Shown piece after piece: positions 37,924 through 50,419 of a DNA stretch of 64,000 nt. The position numbers and the translations under genes are program-made. How positions within the stretch are numbered: the stretch's first letter is position 1; every line of letters starts with the position of its first letter. Source of the DNA: Asterias rubens (lineage: Eukaryota); assembly GCF_902459465.1 (NCBI RefSeq), contig NC_047067.1:6572001-6636000 (forward strand), read 5' to 3'. The notes beneath the pieces are model-generated. The model did not search any database. It saw only the letters and a list, made by a program, of their open reading frames with translations, and was not told the origin of the DNA.

Positions 37924-38308
37924 ACTATTGGTAATTACTCAAAATAGTTTTTAGCAAAAAAACTTGCTTAACAACGAGCAATGGGGAACTGTTGGTATTA
38001 TAAAACTGTGTGAGAAACGGCTCCCTCTCAAGTAACATAGTTTTTGAGGAAGAGGTAGGCTAAAGTTTCTCACTCAAAATGTTGAAACTAGTAAGGCCTG
38101 AAGCCCTTTTCAGGCATCGGAAAGCACAGTACTTGAATGTGTAGCAATAAAATTGTGTTTATTCTTTGTTCATTATTCTCTTGCAAAAATGCAACGTCGA
38201 TGACCAATTGAGTCAACATTTTCACAGATTTGTTATTCTAGGCATATGTTGGGATACATCAAGTGAGCAAACTGGTCTGTGAATAATCACCAAATGTGTC
38301 CAGTGCCT
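37924..38308. mobile_element. Kolobok-type MITE family A, ~56 bp downstream of the exon 2 donor
   Basis: CACTATTGGTAATTACTCAAAAT start; ends GTGTCCAGTGCCT. Confidence 0.85.
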
Positions 38309-38899
38309 GTCAATTTGTTCAACTCGACCGTCTTTATATTACAATTAGCTCTCACTTGTGTCACACCAATGCAAACTCGACCCTTCACTGTCAAGAAGGT
38401 CGAGTCGGTCAAAATAAGAAAAATGCGACATTAATTTATGAAGGCTACATTTGACAAATCGCTATTGATTTCAGACTACGCCTGTTTGTCAGACACTCGA
38501 ATTTGTTTATTCCCCTCACTGTGTTTGTTACCGTAATTCTCGTCTGACACGTATAGACAAAAGCACATTAAATCTGAGAGCCTATAAATCAAGTCCAGTT
38601 AGCTGGAAAGGTTTCCAGGTGCGCAATTGAATCAAACTGGATCAAGACGACTGAGTGTCCTCGGACTGTGTTGATCTCTTTCACCCTGGTTTAGCATTGA
38701 GGTTCCAGGTCAGGTCACGGTCGTGGGTACACTCAGATAACAACGGCAGAGACAGTGACCGACTTCTTGTGGAGATTCCTTGAGCTGTATTTAGAGTTCA
38801 AGAGGCCTTTCTTCAATTATCTGAGTTGTGCGAATTTGTCTACTTGTTTTAATGTGTACGGGCAAATAATTTAAAACGATGCTCGAGCAGTGGGCTCCA

Positions 38900-39095
38900 T
38901 TGGAGTTACACATATAATTACATTTCTGCATTTTGTAATTTTGGGCTGAACTTGAAATTAACTAGAGCGGGATCGGAACCTGTGACCTCCGGGACAATGT
39001 GTCGGCGCTTAACCAAAGAGGTATCAAGCCCTAGTGTTGGCAGTCTCCCTATTTTGTCAATATCTTTGCTCCGATGGTGCCAATCAGAAGCAATT
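38900..39095 (-). mobile_element. Family T tRNA-derived SINE-like repeat
   Basis: Reverse complement reads ...GGTTAAGCGCCGACAC...GGAGGTCACAGGTTCCGATCCCGCTCTAG; upstream flank shared with the copy at 400-560. Confidence 0.7.
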
Positions 39096-39716
39096 TTTAA
39101 ATGTAACCATGTTGTGGTTTATTGTTTTAACATGTGTTTCTACACACTGTAAATAGTTTTGTTGTAGTATTTATTTCAAAACCATCCAAGCAACACATTT
39201 TAGTATTACAAAAAGAAAGATAACTAAAATCCTTCAGATAGTATAAATTTCATATTATAGGCCTAATATATTTTAGTATTCCATCTGAAAGATGGATCTA
39301 CATGTATATGAAATATTAAATCCATTACATCATCGCACCGTTCACTACAAAGGGAAGAGAATCGCATCAATGGCCGCCCCATACTGGGCTGAAAAGACGA
39401 AAAATATTGAATTCACGATATCACAGATTTGCAAAAGATTTCTGCAATTTTTGAAGCAGTTGGTCGTCAGCCACTTCCTCTAAACCGACTCGGTGTGCAA
39501 TTTGCAATTATGAATGGATAGTAAACCATGTAGTGACGTTTATAGTGTTTACCCCAACTCCACAACAATTTGTCTCGTCCATGTGGAAAGATAAATAAAC
39601 CCTGCTACCGATGAGAGAAATATATTGCAGTCTTGTGCCATTCGTCTGGGTTTGATCAACATTCGAATCGAATCAAATGTGTCATTTTTAAAGGGTACAC
39701 TGTATGCGCACTTTTA

Positions 39717-40479
39717 AGGCATTTGACACATTTTGGTAATTGTCAAAGACCAGTATTCTCACTTGGTGTATCCCAATAATGCATAAAATAACAAATCTTT
39801 GTTTCTGTATTACTCAATTGGTCATCGAAGTTGCAAGAGAGTAGTGAAAGAAAAAACACCCTTGTTGCACACATTTGTATGCTTTCAGATACATAGAAAT
39901 GGCTTCAGGCCTAAAAGGGACACGTTGCCTTGGGTCGGACGAGTTGGCAATATAAAAAGCATTTGTAACCGTTTGTTATAAAATGCATATGATTGGAAAG
40001 ATATTTTAAAAGAAGAATACAATGATCCGCACAAATTTGCCTCGAAATTGCGTGGTTTTCCTTTTGCTTTTCGAACTAACACGGTCGGCCGTTTATGGGA
40101 GTCAACAATTTGACTCCCATTAATGGCCGACCGTGTCAGTCGACGAGGTAAAAGGAAAACCACGCAATTTCGATGCATATTTGTGTGGATCATTGTATTT
40201 TCCTTTTAATTTATGTTTCCAACCATATGTATTTTATAGCAAACGGTTACCAACGCTTTTCAAATACCAACTCGACCAGGCCAAGGCAACGTGTTCCTTG
40301 AAGTCTTTTAATATTTGAGTGAGAAAATAAATAACCCCTGTATCAAAAACTGCGCTGCTTCAGAGGGAGTCATTTCTCACAATGTTATATACTACCAACA
40401 GCTCCCCATTGCTCGTTACCAAGTATAAGTTTTTTAGCTAACAAAGATTTTTGAGTAATTACCAACAGTGTCCAGTGCC
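39717..40479. mobile_element. Family A MITE interrupted by a family B insertion
   Basis: Family A sequence on both sides rejoins as GGCTTCAGGCC-TGAA-GTCTTTT. Confidence 0.88.
39916..40298. mobile_element. Family B fold-back MITE, near full length (~383 bp)
   Basis: AGGGACACGTTGCCTTGG ... CCAAGGCAACGTGTTCCT; almost the whole element is an imperfect palindrome centred near 40110; flanks TAAA/TGAA. Confidence 0.9.
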
Positions 40480-40888
40480 AAGATGGTTCCATAATGTGGT
40501 GAAATGGGTAGTAACAATGCACCAGCCAATGCTACCCCACATGAATGTGATCACTCTTCTGAATATTGTAACAACAATATCAATGCTAACTTTATAAGTT
40601 AGTCATAGGAATTGTCAATCCCTGGATAATTTAAGAGTATTTTTAGTGGAACATTTGGTTTAAATATTGAAATTTGATCGGTATTCGGTAGCAGTACCTG
40701 GATTTTCTTAAGCTCTTTGTCAAACTTGCGGTTTTTAGAAGTCCGTCTTGTAGTCTCCTATGGGTTCCTTTAAGACGGTGACCGAGGTTCCTCTGGATGA
40801 CAGCAGAAGGAACCACGGACAGCCTGAAGTCTGTAACCCACTACCCAGATCACAAGAAACCCCCACAACTACGTGCCAAGACCAGATA

Positions 40889-41060
40889 GGCCCTTTTCGA
40901 AACCACGGCTTCGGCTCAAGATTCAAATCAGGCTATAGCTTGGCCCCGCGGTTGTTTTGACAACTTGTGCGTGCTTTGCGTACGTGCTCAGGGCTTCAGA
41001 CGAGAGAACGAAGCCTAAAGCCGAATCCAAAGCCGAAGCCGTGGAGTCGAAAAAAGGGCT
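40889..41060. mobile_element. MITE family C
   Basis: Same TIR and internal GCTTTGCGTACGTGCTCAGG block. Confidence 0.85.
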
Positions 41061-41503
41061 TTAGACTGTTTGGTAACCCGCACATGACCGGTGTACGTGC
41101 CCGGTAGCTCTTTCCACTCGCAAGCCCACATTTAGGGCTGTAAGCGGTCGGTTCGGAAGGGCTCCTTTGACGGTGTCAAAAGTTGATGTTTCTTGCTATG
41201 AATGAAAACAATGGGAGACTAAAGTATTTGCAACCTTACTCGGGGATTTGTGATCATTGCTCATAGTCTGTGGAGAAAAAAACCTCTGCTGTGTAACGAT
41301 ACATGATACATGGCGGCGCTTAATGGAAGTATACACCTATTTATGGACATTGCAAGACGTCTCGACCTGTATCCACAGTTGTTTGACCTAATTTTTCCCC
41401 ATCAAGATTTCTGTCAAATGTTTATTATTTTGTGATTTACTTCATTCTTATAAGGAAACCCGCCCAAAGGGCTTTTTTCTCAGGTAGTTAGATACTACCA
41501 ATT

Positions 41504-41658
41504 CAGGCCCGATTGCTTCGTGTTTGGTTTTGAAAGGGCAAGGGCACCAAGACATTGGGCACTCTTTGTAAATTTCTACTTGAGAGAATTTCAAGGGCAC
41601 CAACGCAAAGTGGGCATGGAGGCAATTGCCTTTGTTGCCTCTGTGAAGTATAAGGTGT
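41504..41658. mobile_element. MITE family E
   Basis: CAGGCCCGATTGCTTCG ... CTGTGAAGTATAAGG. Confidence 0.7.
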
Positions 41659-41759
41659 GTCAATTAAATGTGATGGCGTAGAGTGGTGGTAGGAAATCAT
41701 GATTGGTCATTAACTTTGGAGAAGGTTGCTGTAAAATCAGACCAACACACACACATCCC

Positions 41760-41955
41760 AATACCTATCTACAGGGGTTGAAGTTCACTGCGGTTGCAAT
41801 TGATGTTTCCCAACAAATTTTTACAGGTATCCGAAGTTACTGATCCCATATTTTAAAGAGCCCCCCCCCCCAACGTCAGCCCAACAGACACGCCCCTTTA
41901 CCTATCTACAGAGGGTGAAAGTTCACTGCGGTGGGGATTGATGTTTCCTACATGA
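41760..41955. repeat. Direct duplication of ~55 bp, period 137 bp
   Basis: ACCTATCTACAG..AAGTTCACTGCGGT..ATTGATGTTTCC at 41763 and 41900. Confidence 0.8.
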
Positions 41956-43251
41956 GAGAATTCATGAGGTAACCAGTTCAAGGGGGCCGTACTCGGTCAC
42001 AGTGTGTCATCCCGTAACAGACACACATTAAGCCAAAGTCAACTACCAATGAAGATGTGATGACAGAGTCCCCAGTTCACTGCAATAGCGATATGCCTGA
42101 GTCAACGAACTTGAGTTTATTATTGTATGTCCCCACCATGTCACACCAACGACAATTAATACACAAATGTTTGCTTATTCGATATAGCGATGTCGATGCT
42201 TGGTGCACGCAAGGGGTTGGAGGGTGGCGACCTGTCTAAAAATATGCCGTTTATAGTTATGACTGTTTATTCCAACACTGCTAAGCAATGATATACTGAC
42301 CAGTTTCACTTTGAGTGAGTTGGGTTGTCAATACCGTCCGTAACCCAACCCCCATTTTAAAAGTTACATTCTTCGTAATAACAATTTAAAAACAAATCAT
42401 TCTTCTGAATGACTGCCACTTTAAGAAGTGAGTTGGTCCAGTTTCGTTTATTTTTAAGTTTGTCTGGAAACCCCATGTACAACTTCTTCCTCCATGGTAC
42501 AACCAGCAACGATATCAAAGCATCCCCTCCATCTTTTCGTTCCAAAACTTAGTAATTGGTGAAAAGTTTCAAATGGATATCAGTTTCACCTTAAACCGGA
42601 GGTCGTTGGTTCTAGTTAATTTGCCTTTGTCGAACCTCAAATTTTCAAAACAATTACCCAGTGAGTTTCCCTTGTGGATTATAACTTATATCAGTTTCAG
42701 GAGAAACACTTCTATAAAAGGAACTTTTAATTCTATCCTCGAGAAGTTCCATATACATTCGGATATCCTCAGTGTTTCAGACTAATTCGTATTGAAAGTT
42801 TAATGCTAACTCAACTTCCGGTACAATTTCTTTTTGCTACAAAGTTTCTACACTTAATAAACACTAATCAGATGTGCGCAGTGGGTCGTCCTCGGCCTTA
42901 AGGCACAGACGTGCAGTTGCACTAATTACACCTAAATAGAGTATCAATGGCTTTTAATATCAAATAACAAACATGGTTCTCGGTCGCGCCGTGCAAAACA
43001 TCCGAAAAGCTGTTATTCCATCTGACATGTTGTCATGTTTGATTACTTCTGACTTGATCACAGAGAATAAGTAGACCATGGTTCTTGTGTATGGTTTGGC
43101 TTTGACCAAATTAATCAGAATTAAAACAAACAGCTGGCTTTGTTATTTAAAAAGGAATTTGTGGATACACGTTTGAATATCTACAGGTCGAACTTTAATG
43201 ATGGCAGATGGTGGACACCGTAGCTCACTCAGGGAGTAATAATATAGCCAT

Positions 43252-43414
43252 CTGCCTTATACTTCACGACGGCGATTGCCCCCATGCCCTCTGGTCATTG
43301 CCTTGGTGCTCTTGGAATGCTCCTGTAAGAAGTTAACAATTTCCGCGTAGGATGCCCTTTACCAAGGAGAAAATGCCTTGGTGTCTACCATATCAAAAAC
43401 GAAACATAGGCCTA
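43252..43414. mobile_element. MITE family E
   Basis: GGTCATTGCCTTGGTGC and GGAGAAAATGCCTTGGTG blocks. Confidence 0.7.
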
Positions 43415-43555
43415 CAGGTCTGACCAAAGAATCAAAGACGTAGACACAAGGCTGTGGTGAACTAATTGCACGAATGGGGGCGGGATGTACTGCGATAAAA
43501 AAAGTTGCACTTGACGCATTGTTTATAAAGTGGTGTTTGTTATTCTTGCAAACCA

Positions 43556-43691
43556 GGGCCCAATTTCATTAAGCAAAAAAAAAAAATTGCCAAGGGCATA
43601 AAACTCTTGCTTGGCAAAAATGGGTTACCAGCCATGGCGAAAACACCGCACATTTACCAAAGGTGTGATTGGTACCCCACTAATTTCTGCC
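43556..43691. mobile_element. Family D left part, cut by family A
   Basis: CAGGGCCCAATTTCATTAAGC start. Confidence 0.5.
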
Positions 43692-43695
43692 TTAA

Positions 43696-44075
43696 AGGCA
43701 GTGGACACTATTGGTAGTTACTCAAAATAATTATTATCATAAAACCTTACTTGGTAACGAGTAATGGGGAGAGGTATAGTTTAAAACATTGTGAGAAACG
43801 ACTCCCTCTGAAGTGACGTAGTTTTCGAGAAAGAAGTATTTTTCCACGAATTTGATTTCGAGAGCTCAAGTTTAGAATTTGAGGTCTCGAACTCAAGCAT
43901 CTGGAAGCACACAACTTCGTGTGACATGGGTGTTTTTTCTTTCATTATTATCTCGCAACTCCGATGATTAATTGAGCTCAAATTTTCACAGGTTTGTTAT
44001 TATTTTTATGCATATGTTGAGATCCACCAAGTGAGAAGACTGGTCTTTGACAATTACTAATAGTGTCCACTGTCT
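43696..44075. mobile_element. Kolobok-type MITE family A
   Basis: TTAA|AGGCAGTGGACAC...; appears inserted into a family D fragment. Confidence 0.92.
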
Positions 44076-44324
44076 TTTAGCAAAGGATTTTGGCAAGTAG
44101 AATTTTTTGTTAAACAGTTTTTTTTTTAAATTTTCTGGAAGTTTTGGAGGGAGGTACCAGCCATGGCAGTTTTCGAGGGCGGTAAAAACCCTGGCAGTTT
44201 TGGAGGGTGGTACAAACCTATACCCCGGGTTTAGGAGAGCCCTTCCCCTGGGTAAAGTCATAATCATGGACGGCGACGACACGCCTGTCTCTTCACGACA
44301 CTGTCCATCAATGTGTCGAGGCAT

Positions 44325-44565
44325 CAAGAAAAACTCAAATCCAGAGGTTTCCTGTGCAATATATGGGTTTCCTGGAGATTGATGTATCATGCAATACGAA
44401 CAAATAAAGAAAAGCCATTGATCGAAAGAGGAATCACATTTTGACCCTTTTTCAAAGAGAGATGTGTCCGTAGAAGAAATCATGAAAAACTTCAACCTAG
44501 AGATTTCCTGTGCAATATTATATGGGCTTCCTGAAAACTGATGCATCATGCAATAAGTACAAATA
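44325..44565. repeat. Direct duplication, period 156 bp
   Basis: TTTCCTGTGCAATAT at 44348 and 44504 with flanking similarity. Confidence 0.8.
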
Positions 44566-44678
44566 TTATTTGGAAAAGGAAATTATTACTTTAAAGGAAA
44601 ACCATTGATTAAGAGATGGTGATCGCAAGTGAAATCACATGTAGACCCTGTTTTTCAAAGAGGGTTGTTTCCAAATTT

Positions 44679-44838
44679 GCCAATCTCGGTGGTCTAGTTG
44701 GTATGACACAGCTCTAGAATAGCAAAGGTCGTGTGTTCGAATCCCATCAAGGTAATATGGGTTTTTAAGAGGACTCGGAAAAGTACGACTGAGTGTACAG
44801 TGCTAACACACATTTGTGTATTGGTAAAACCCCAATAA
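44679..44838 (+). mobile_element. Second tRNA-derived SINE
   Basis: A-box-like GGTCTAGTTGG and B box GTTCGAATCCC (44735-44745), followed by an unrelated body ending in AATAAAT; the acceptor stem does not close. Confidence 0.65.
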
Positions 44839-45036
44839 ATAGGGTTGTGTTCGGTATGCCGCACACTAACTGAGACATTACCCAGAACTTATACATAATT
44901 GATGTAGCATTCCAATCAGTATACTATTGACTTCAATTCAATGTATCAGTCACAACCAATCATCGATTACAATAATTACAATTCGATTAATAAATGTCAA
45001 TTAATTAGCAACTATAATTTTTGTTTTTCCCATCAG

Positions 45037-45271
45037 GTGAGTCAGTGTGGGACAGATGCCCCCATGTGGTTAGACACGGGAGGCAGGAGCTACCCGCCTC
45101 CTGGTGAGAGTGCAAGACACGTAGCGTGTGCGGCGTGGAGTCTGGGTTCCCAACGCTCAACGCAAGACTGCTGCCTGTACTCTTTCCCCATTACGGTTAC
45201 CAACTGCGTAGACTTCTTCGTGTATAACTTGTTACCAGCGAGAGGATGCAACATGGCGTATTGTGCCACTG
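45037..45271 (+). CDS. VWDE: VWDE-like exon 3 (VSQCGTDAPMWL...DCCLYSFPITVTNCVDFFVYNLLPARGCNMAYCAT)
   Basis: CAG acceptor, GTAGGT donor; 235 nt, phase 0 to 1. CGT.AP.WL and DCCL..PI.V.NC..F.VY.L.P..GC..YC motifs. Confidence 0.95.
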
Positions 45272-45287
45272 GTAGGTTGAATATTAA

Positions 45288-45428
45288 GGCTGTGGCTGGA
45301 TTGACGGCTTCGGCTATGGCTACGCCTGGATCGCCGCGTCATCGTGCGTTGAAGTATAGGAAGTCCTTAGCAACAACCTTAGCAACACAGTCGTAGCCGT
45401 AGCTGTAGCCGCCAATTCCGTGGGACAG
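45288..45428. mobile_element. MITE family G, ~16 bp after the exon 3 donor
   Basis: TTAA|GGCTGTG...GGCTATGGCTACG ... CGTAGCCGTAGC; explains the non-VWDE C-terminus of ORF 44941-45396. Confidence 0.7.
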
Positions 45429-46486
45429 AAGTATTGTAGTTGTCCAATACTAACCAATCACAATCGTAACATGGTATTTGATACGGTAACCCGTTTCTGC
45501 TTTATCGAACACATTTGTTTGGCTGATCAGCCCCTTTGAATATTGACTATTTTTAAAGGTCACTTTGTACTTTGTCTAAAAGGTGGCAAAGGGGCAAAAG
45601 CGGAAACGTTTAAACAGTAATTTTGGTTCTCGCAAAGTTGTAGGTGCCGGGTTAGAATCTAGACTGTTGCGAGCGATTCATCCCTGTCTGTGTTGCAATT
45701 CCCCACATTAAACCGAACGATAGTCAGCGTTTAAACTCAATACACCCTACGAACAAACTGCGATGACGAAATGCGCAAGTGTAGACTCTCTTTGATAAAC
45801 AAGTTACAGTGCGGATTTAACAAAGTACCACAGAGAACGCAATTTCCTTAAAGGGGGAACAAGATATCGAAAGTGCCACTACATCAACCTAACACTCCTT
45901 CCCAACCTAAATATGCCCATCCTTTGAGTACTCATGATAAAACGGAATTGCTCAACAACATACAGACGAGCCACACATTAAAAGCCCGCCAAACCAAACT
46001 TGAGTTTGGCACTCCTTTGCATTCCAGTGGTATTTGATGACGACCTTTCCTTAAAACTGAGCCACCAAACGCCACGTCAAAGATATCATCAAAGATGGTC
46101 ATTGAATTTCGAAATCGCTGATGCCACTCCTAAACCCATTACACATGGATCCTGCTTCATCTAATCGAAAACATGTGATACTTACATATTTCACATAAAT
46201 GTTATGGGTCTATTATTTGTTGCAATGAACCAAAGCTCAACATTCTACTGTTAGGTAGAGTGTCAGGGACCGGCTTGCAAAACTTGTGTCGGAGATGTTA
46301 GCAAATTTCACAAAATAAGACAGCGACCGTTTCTGGAAATTATATTAAAATATTAAGCAAACTTTTAGTCTGGTCGAAATAGATTTCCAGCTTACGGATG
46401 AACATTCTTGTGTCAGATTTACCCACCATTTTGTGCCATGAAAATTGATCAGTTATCATAGCTTGCAAGCTTGGGCTCGGTATGTA

Positions 46487-46722
46487 AACTGCAAAAAACA
46501 ACAACAGGGGTTTTATAATTGACACCATGGGTGTTATCACATAATATATATACCAAATAGAAAATACATATTAACACTATAGGGTGTTAAAATAACACCA
46601 ATGCAATTGTATTGGCAGAAATTAATGTTATTTCAACACCTGTTGTAATTTTGGATTCTTTTGTTAGGTATAAATGTGACACACCCATGGTGTCAAGTTT
46701 AACACCCCAGTTTTTGTCGTGT
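46487..46722. mobile_element. ACACC-rich palindromic MITE (possibly EnSpm/CACTG-like)
   Basis: Perfect 14-bp IR GACACCATGGGTGT (46521) / ACACCCATGGTGTC (46681); ends degenerate. Confidence 0.5.
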
Positions 46723-48139
46723 TTAGCTTTTTATAAACATCAATCACACAGTATAGAAATGTTATATTACGGCATTGAATGTAACGGCTATACATCCTCA
46801 CGCAAGCAATCACTTAGGAGTTGAAATGGCATGCTTACCACATCAACTTGAGAATGTGTGTAAATCCAGAGGACAGAACTTGAACCTTATCAATCTAAAG
46901 TTGATAACTCTGAAATGACACTGTTAAAATCCCATACCCGGGTGCGTCAGCGGTGTCAACCATACCGGGAGCCAGAGCGGAGGGCCCCATTGAACTACGG
47001 TCCAACATTCGTGGAATTGTGATCGTTCCGTATACTTAGCCGCCAAATTTGATCGTCAAATCTCTGATTATTCTCACATCTGTGGCACAGCAATTGAAAT
47101 CCCATCAATGTGTCGAGTAGTTTATTCCTTACAATAAATAAACTTCAAGCCAAAATGCAATGTTGTTTTTACTGACACATAACTTTACATGAACTATTCG
47201 TATCGGGACCGTCTTCATAAACTCAAAATTATCTATTTGACTTTTGAAAATGATTTTACCAAGGCTTTAGCAAATAGTACAAATGCCTTTACAAAAACAC
47301 GACCTACGATTTGAGAAAGGGTTCAAAATTGTTCGCTTTGGAAATGACGATCTTTAGATATTCTCGGTATAACTGATATTAACGTCGAGAATTCGCACGA
47401 TGAGCTTTTGCTAACTTTGGAACCGATTAGTTGAATTCTCTCGTCTGCTGTTCTCCAAAAAAATGCTGGTACCGCCATAGAAATGACCCAAAACAGTCTT
47501 GAGGAATGACATTTCCCAGTACGATAAGTCTACTCCTAATTCAATTTAAAAAGATTATCTTATATCATAGTAACAGTCAAATTACAGATTGAACTATTTC
47601 ATGTTAGAGGTAGTGTAGTCTTGATTAAAAAGATCCTGTTTTCGATTAAGTATGATGGGCTATTACGGGTGATCGATTAGTTTCAATATTTGCCACAAAA
47701 ATTACCGCCAATTTCACAGATTACATGTCGTATGTGGAGGGTAGCTGTCTCGTCTGTGTGTGATACGTTTTTTCACTCCATCGCCATCTTGTTTCATAGC
47801 TCACACTCAAATAAGTGTAAACTTAACCGAAGATTGTAGATACCAAAACAGTCTGACCCCTTTGGCAATCTGCGTTTATTCATGCTATGGCACACAAGGG
47901 GACACGACGGAGATTTTTCAGCATATCACAATGAAGAACACGAGGCTGTGTCAGAATAGATCTTTATTGGGCGGTCATCTTTATTTTCTTCCATTTGAAT
48001 CAATGTAATCAAACTGAGGCTGGGAGGAGAAATAATCTGATTCCTGTTTTGTTCTGTGGATATAATATGTTTTATTACTGCTATGTGATACGTGGAACAT
48101 GACAAAAGTTGTGGTAGCATGTATCCCATAAAAGTACTT

Positions 48140-48269
48140 TGGCTGCACGGCTATCGGCTACGGCTTGAATGCTGCGTCATCATGCATTGAAGTATATACG
48201 GTCCTTAGCAACACATTTAGGAGCAGCCGTAGCCGACTCATAGCAGAGGCTGACAATTCAGATACAGCC
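48140..48269. mobile_element. MITE family G
   Basis: Ends GATACAGCC|TTAA; internal block shared. Confidence 0.65.
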
Positions 48270-48603
48270 TTAATATCACACATCCCCTTTTAGAGGAGAA
48301 AACAACATAATTAACTGAAAATGACATGTCAATCCCAATTGGATATCATACATTTATGGTGCATCCGTGGAAGCCTTTCCGCCACCTACGAAGCTATCTT
48401 CCAGAAAAACACGAGGTGTAAAATGTAGTACACTAAGAGCGCAGACTCGGAATCAAAACCAACCACTGCAAGGCCATGGGAACATTTGCTATGTTCCCTG
48501 TCTGCCATAGTAATCAAGGATATGGATTCTCATAAGGAACCTGACCATTTCCTTCCAGCCTCTTACCATGATTTGCGGAGATACTTTGGCTGCAATAACT
48601 TAA

Positions 48604-48906
48604 AGGGAAGGAACTCGTTTGGTAATTACTCAAAACAAATATTAACTTCAAAACTGATGACTTGGTAACGAGCTTTGGAGAGCTGTTGATTTCTCACTAA
48701 AATAATAAAAGACTTCTAGCTAGAAGTCTTTAAATATGAAAGCACACAAGCTCGTCCCACAAGGGTGTTTTTTTCTTTTATTCTTTCTAGCAACTTCGAT
48801 GACCGATTGAGCCCAAATTTTCACAGGCTTGTTGTTTTATGCTTATGATGGGATACACCAAGTGAGAACACTGGTCTTTGACAATTACCAAACGTGTACA
48901 GTGCCT
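48604..48906. mobile_element. Family A MITE variant with mixed ends
   Basis: Left end AGGGAAGG-type, right end GTGTACAGTGCCT-type; TTAA on both sides; internal deletion. Confidence 0.85.
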
Positions 48907-50251
48907 TTAAAACAAATTATTTCTCACTAATCATTCATCACGTTACGGATCCCTTTGCATTGTATTTGAATAGTGAATGCAAAGCAATTATATATTGGTC
49001 ACTATCATTGTGTAAAATCATTGTGTACATCACAAGTTTTGTTATTCTAAATATGGCACAAGGTTGAACCTTGTTTCTATTTAAAGTATTTTATTATGTA
49101 TCATTACGTTTATTATTATTGTTATAAATTTGTATCGTGGAATAGTCCTGCAACGTTTACAGTAGCAGTACACTGTGGAACATGCACGGGGACAAAGCAA
49201 AAACAATTCCATTAAGTTCTGGGACTTATTTTGAGAGAACCCAATTATTTGAAATTACTGTAAAATTAGTTTGATATTTGATATTGTACATGTTGGATTA
49301 TGAACATTCCCATAGGTTTCTATAAGGAATGTCTACCTTGTACATCGATATTGAATATTGGACATTCCCGTTGTTTTGTACAATGAATGTCTACCACGTA
49401 CATCGTTGGATATTGGATGTGCACTTAATATTGTACAGCGAATATAGATGTTGCTTTTTCGATATTGGATCCAATATCAAACTAAACTTGACAGTGATTT
49501 GTTTGAAATGTACTGTGTTTGCGTCCACTTCACACAGAATACCTGGTGACGCCCCCAGATGTAACACTCATGTGCCATGTATTCAATGCGTTGAACTGGG
49601 TCGTATGTGATATTCCACGCTCTGATTAGTCTCCCCCATGGATACCACAATAATGAATTACATACACTCATTGAAGCAGGAAAACCACCTCAAAATTAGT
49701 CATTCTGAATATTAAAGTTATGCCTATCATAAGGTATTTTGCAGCTTGTAAAAGATGACGTTTTGGTAACATGTAAAAGAAAAGAAAAGGGAACTATTAC
49801 TTTTACAGAATTAAATGCTAAGGATAACATCAAAAGTGTCGTCAGGAGTTCTGTCCTTTCAAAATTACCATTATTTATCAATTATCAGTTCCACTTGCAT
49901 GACTTGCAATCACAGGGTTATTGGTAGGTTCGCATCCGCTGGTTTCACAATGAATAAGTATAAGTATCGTCGTCTAATTACTGAATTACAATTTTATGAA
50001 TTTGTGCAATTCATAGACGTTAAACCAATGTTTGTATGGGAGAGGTTGGCTGTTGTCAGCTTGGTGTTTATATCCCATTGTGTGAGTTTGCCGAGTTCCC
50101 TAGATGGGAAGTTCATCTTAAAAAAATATATAAAAAAATTAAACAAACACCCCAAGAAACAAACAAACAAAAACAATCAAATAAAACGATATACACTTTC
50201 TATTCTAATTGGTTTCCTATAACTTATTGTCACTTTATTTTTGTCTTGCAG

Positions 50252-50311
50252 AGGGACGTGAAAAGTGTGCACCAGGTCAGATTTCCCCAGATGGATTTGC
50301 TCCTTGTCGAG
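50252..50311 (+). CDS. VWDE: VWDE-like exon 4 (EGREKCAPGQISPDGFAPCR)
   Basis: TTTTGTCTTGCAG acceptor, GTAAAG donor; 60 nt, phase 1 to 1. Short two-Cys linker exon at the expected position. Confidence 0.8.
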
Positions 50312-50419
50312 GTAAAGAAAATATTGTAATATATTCATCATGGTTGCTTTCTTGTGCAGGTTTTGTCAAAAAGGGAACATTAAACATCATGCCCTCATGC
50401 CAAGAATGTTACGGGGGCC

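Noticed and set aside
43986-44549. Longest ORF in the track (187 aa, minus strand)
   Set aside because: Runs through a 156-bp duplication and into a family A MITE; no recognisable domain.
44941-45396. 151-aa ORF as a standalone gene
   Set aside because: It is VWDE exon 3 plus read-through into intron and MITE sequence.
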